A stretch of 64,000 nt of DNA. Source: Ptychomitrium polyphyllum. Its lineage: Eukaryota. The position numbers and the translations under genes are program-made. The DNA is taken from NCBI GenBank assembly GCA_973851085.1, contig OZ316776.1, positions 1,860,001 through 1,924,000 on the forward strand, written 5' to 3'. The notes beneath the pieces were generated by a model. It searched no databases, was not told the DNA's origin, and saw nothing but the letters and a program-made list of their open reading frames with translations. Below are positions 63,001 through 64,000 of this stretch, one piece after another (position 1 is the stretch's first letter; each line of letters opens with the position of its first letter).

Positions 63001-64000
63001 TCAGGAACCATGATAACACCTAAGTTAGGTCGCCCCTCACTTCCAGATGCTGACAACGCCAGCTCTTCCTTCATCATTGCCTTCACTTGGGAGACATGAT
63101 AAAGAACTGCCCGAGCGTGGCTGTGCACTTTGTTGTCGAAGTTATGTCCTAGAGCACAAGATTCTAACCATGCATGCCACTCTAGATCCTTCGCTATTGT
63201 GATGCAAGCTGATGGATGCAAGGACAAATTAGCCAGCAGACGCATAGAATGCTTCTGAATATGGGCTGTCAGGCGGGATATGGGTTCTATCCCAGGCGTG
63301 ACTGCTGGTGGTTTGTCCTGTTGTCCTCCATTAGCAGTCTGGTTGGCAGCATTTTGTTTAAGAGCAGCCTCTTCTTCCGCAGCCGCCCATTGATCAAAAT
63401 CATCACAAAGTAAAAGACGCCTTAAAAGGCACAAACCTCCAGCTTCTAAGACTCGTTGTCTTCCAACCTGTTTTAGTAATTCAAACTTAGCAGGCTTTCC
63501 AGCATTAAAAATTGACGAATCACACCCTTGATGTAGTTAAGGAACTTGAGCTGATAATGATATAACAGTGCCACAGAATTTGACAAACCTGATCCTCTGC
63601 TATCAACTCTGTCAAGGCTTTGACAGCTTTCAAAGTAGAGCTTGCGGCCTCACGAGCTGTGACCTTTGGTGGGCTATCTTTGGGATGCTCTGCTGCAGGA
63701 GACAAGTCAAAGCCTAGCAAGTCCACCATTGGCAATTCCCGTGCACTTTCAGCAACACCTTTACCAGTCAATTCCGTGGCTGCTGAGGCTTCAGCCTCAC
63801 GGGCAACCACTTTTGCAATGTCAGCTGCAGCAGCTGTTGCCAGACGAACTCGTTCAGTCTGCGATTTAGCCACAATCACGTACCTCAACAAATATCCACA
63901 GCTTGCGCTTATGTTCTTACACAAACGTAGAATAAATTTGATTTTGGCAACTGATACGAATTGCTTACCACACAAGAAGAAACATACCTGGACAAGCCCC
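60064..64000 (-). CDS. SERAC1-like protein (ARM-like repeats + alpha/beta-hydrolase), 5' end outside the window
   Basis: Exons 63988-64000, 63589-63883, 62829-63467, 62482-62700, 61971-62012, 61538-61614, 61283-61385, 60824-60907, 60574-60675, 60333-60431, 60064-60195. Motifs DVVFVHGLMGGPYRTWR, CWPEEWL, nucleophile elbow VFVTHSMGGLVVK, FYSCPHFGSKLA, GTDHINSCKP. Confidence 0.9.

Overview
Eukaryotic land-plant genomic DNA, most likely a moss (inferred from GT-AG gene structures, the gene families and the chromovirus content; species not determinable here). All gene models and alignments were made by eye. Seven spliced protein-coding genes are supported: an HR-like lesion-inducing family gene (-), the SPRY+RING E3 ligase RKP/KPC1 (+; extremely G-rich over its whole length, introns included), ALG11 (+), an AT-rich signal-anchor/coiled-coil gene (-), a BTB/POZ gene (-), a 22-exon coiled-coil + AIR9-like Ig-domain gene (-) and the 3' part of a SERAC1-like ARM + alpha/beta-hydrolase gene (-). 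About 17.3-35 kb is a four-layer nest of Ty3/gypsy elements with three readable target-site duplications. The most interesting signals are: (1) an 11-nt Tf1-style self-priming site in place of a tRNA PBS, plus a candidate -1 frameshift gag-pol junction, in the older chromovirus; (2) a pre-miRNA-like hairpin at 58767-58884 downstream of a telo-box cluster; (3) RKP's G/T-rich introns, mostly without polypyrimidine tracts; (4) mosaic divergence between the two LTRs of the youngest element.
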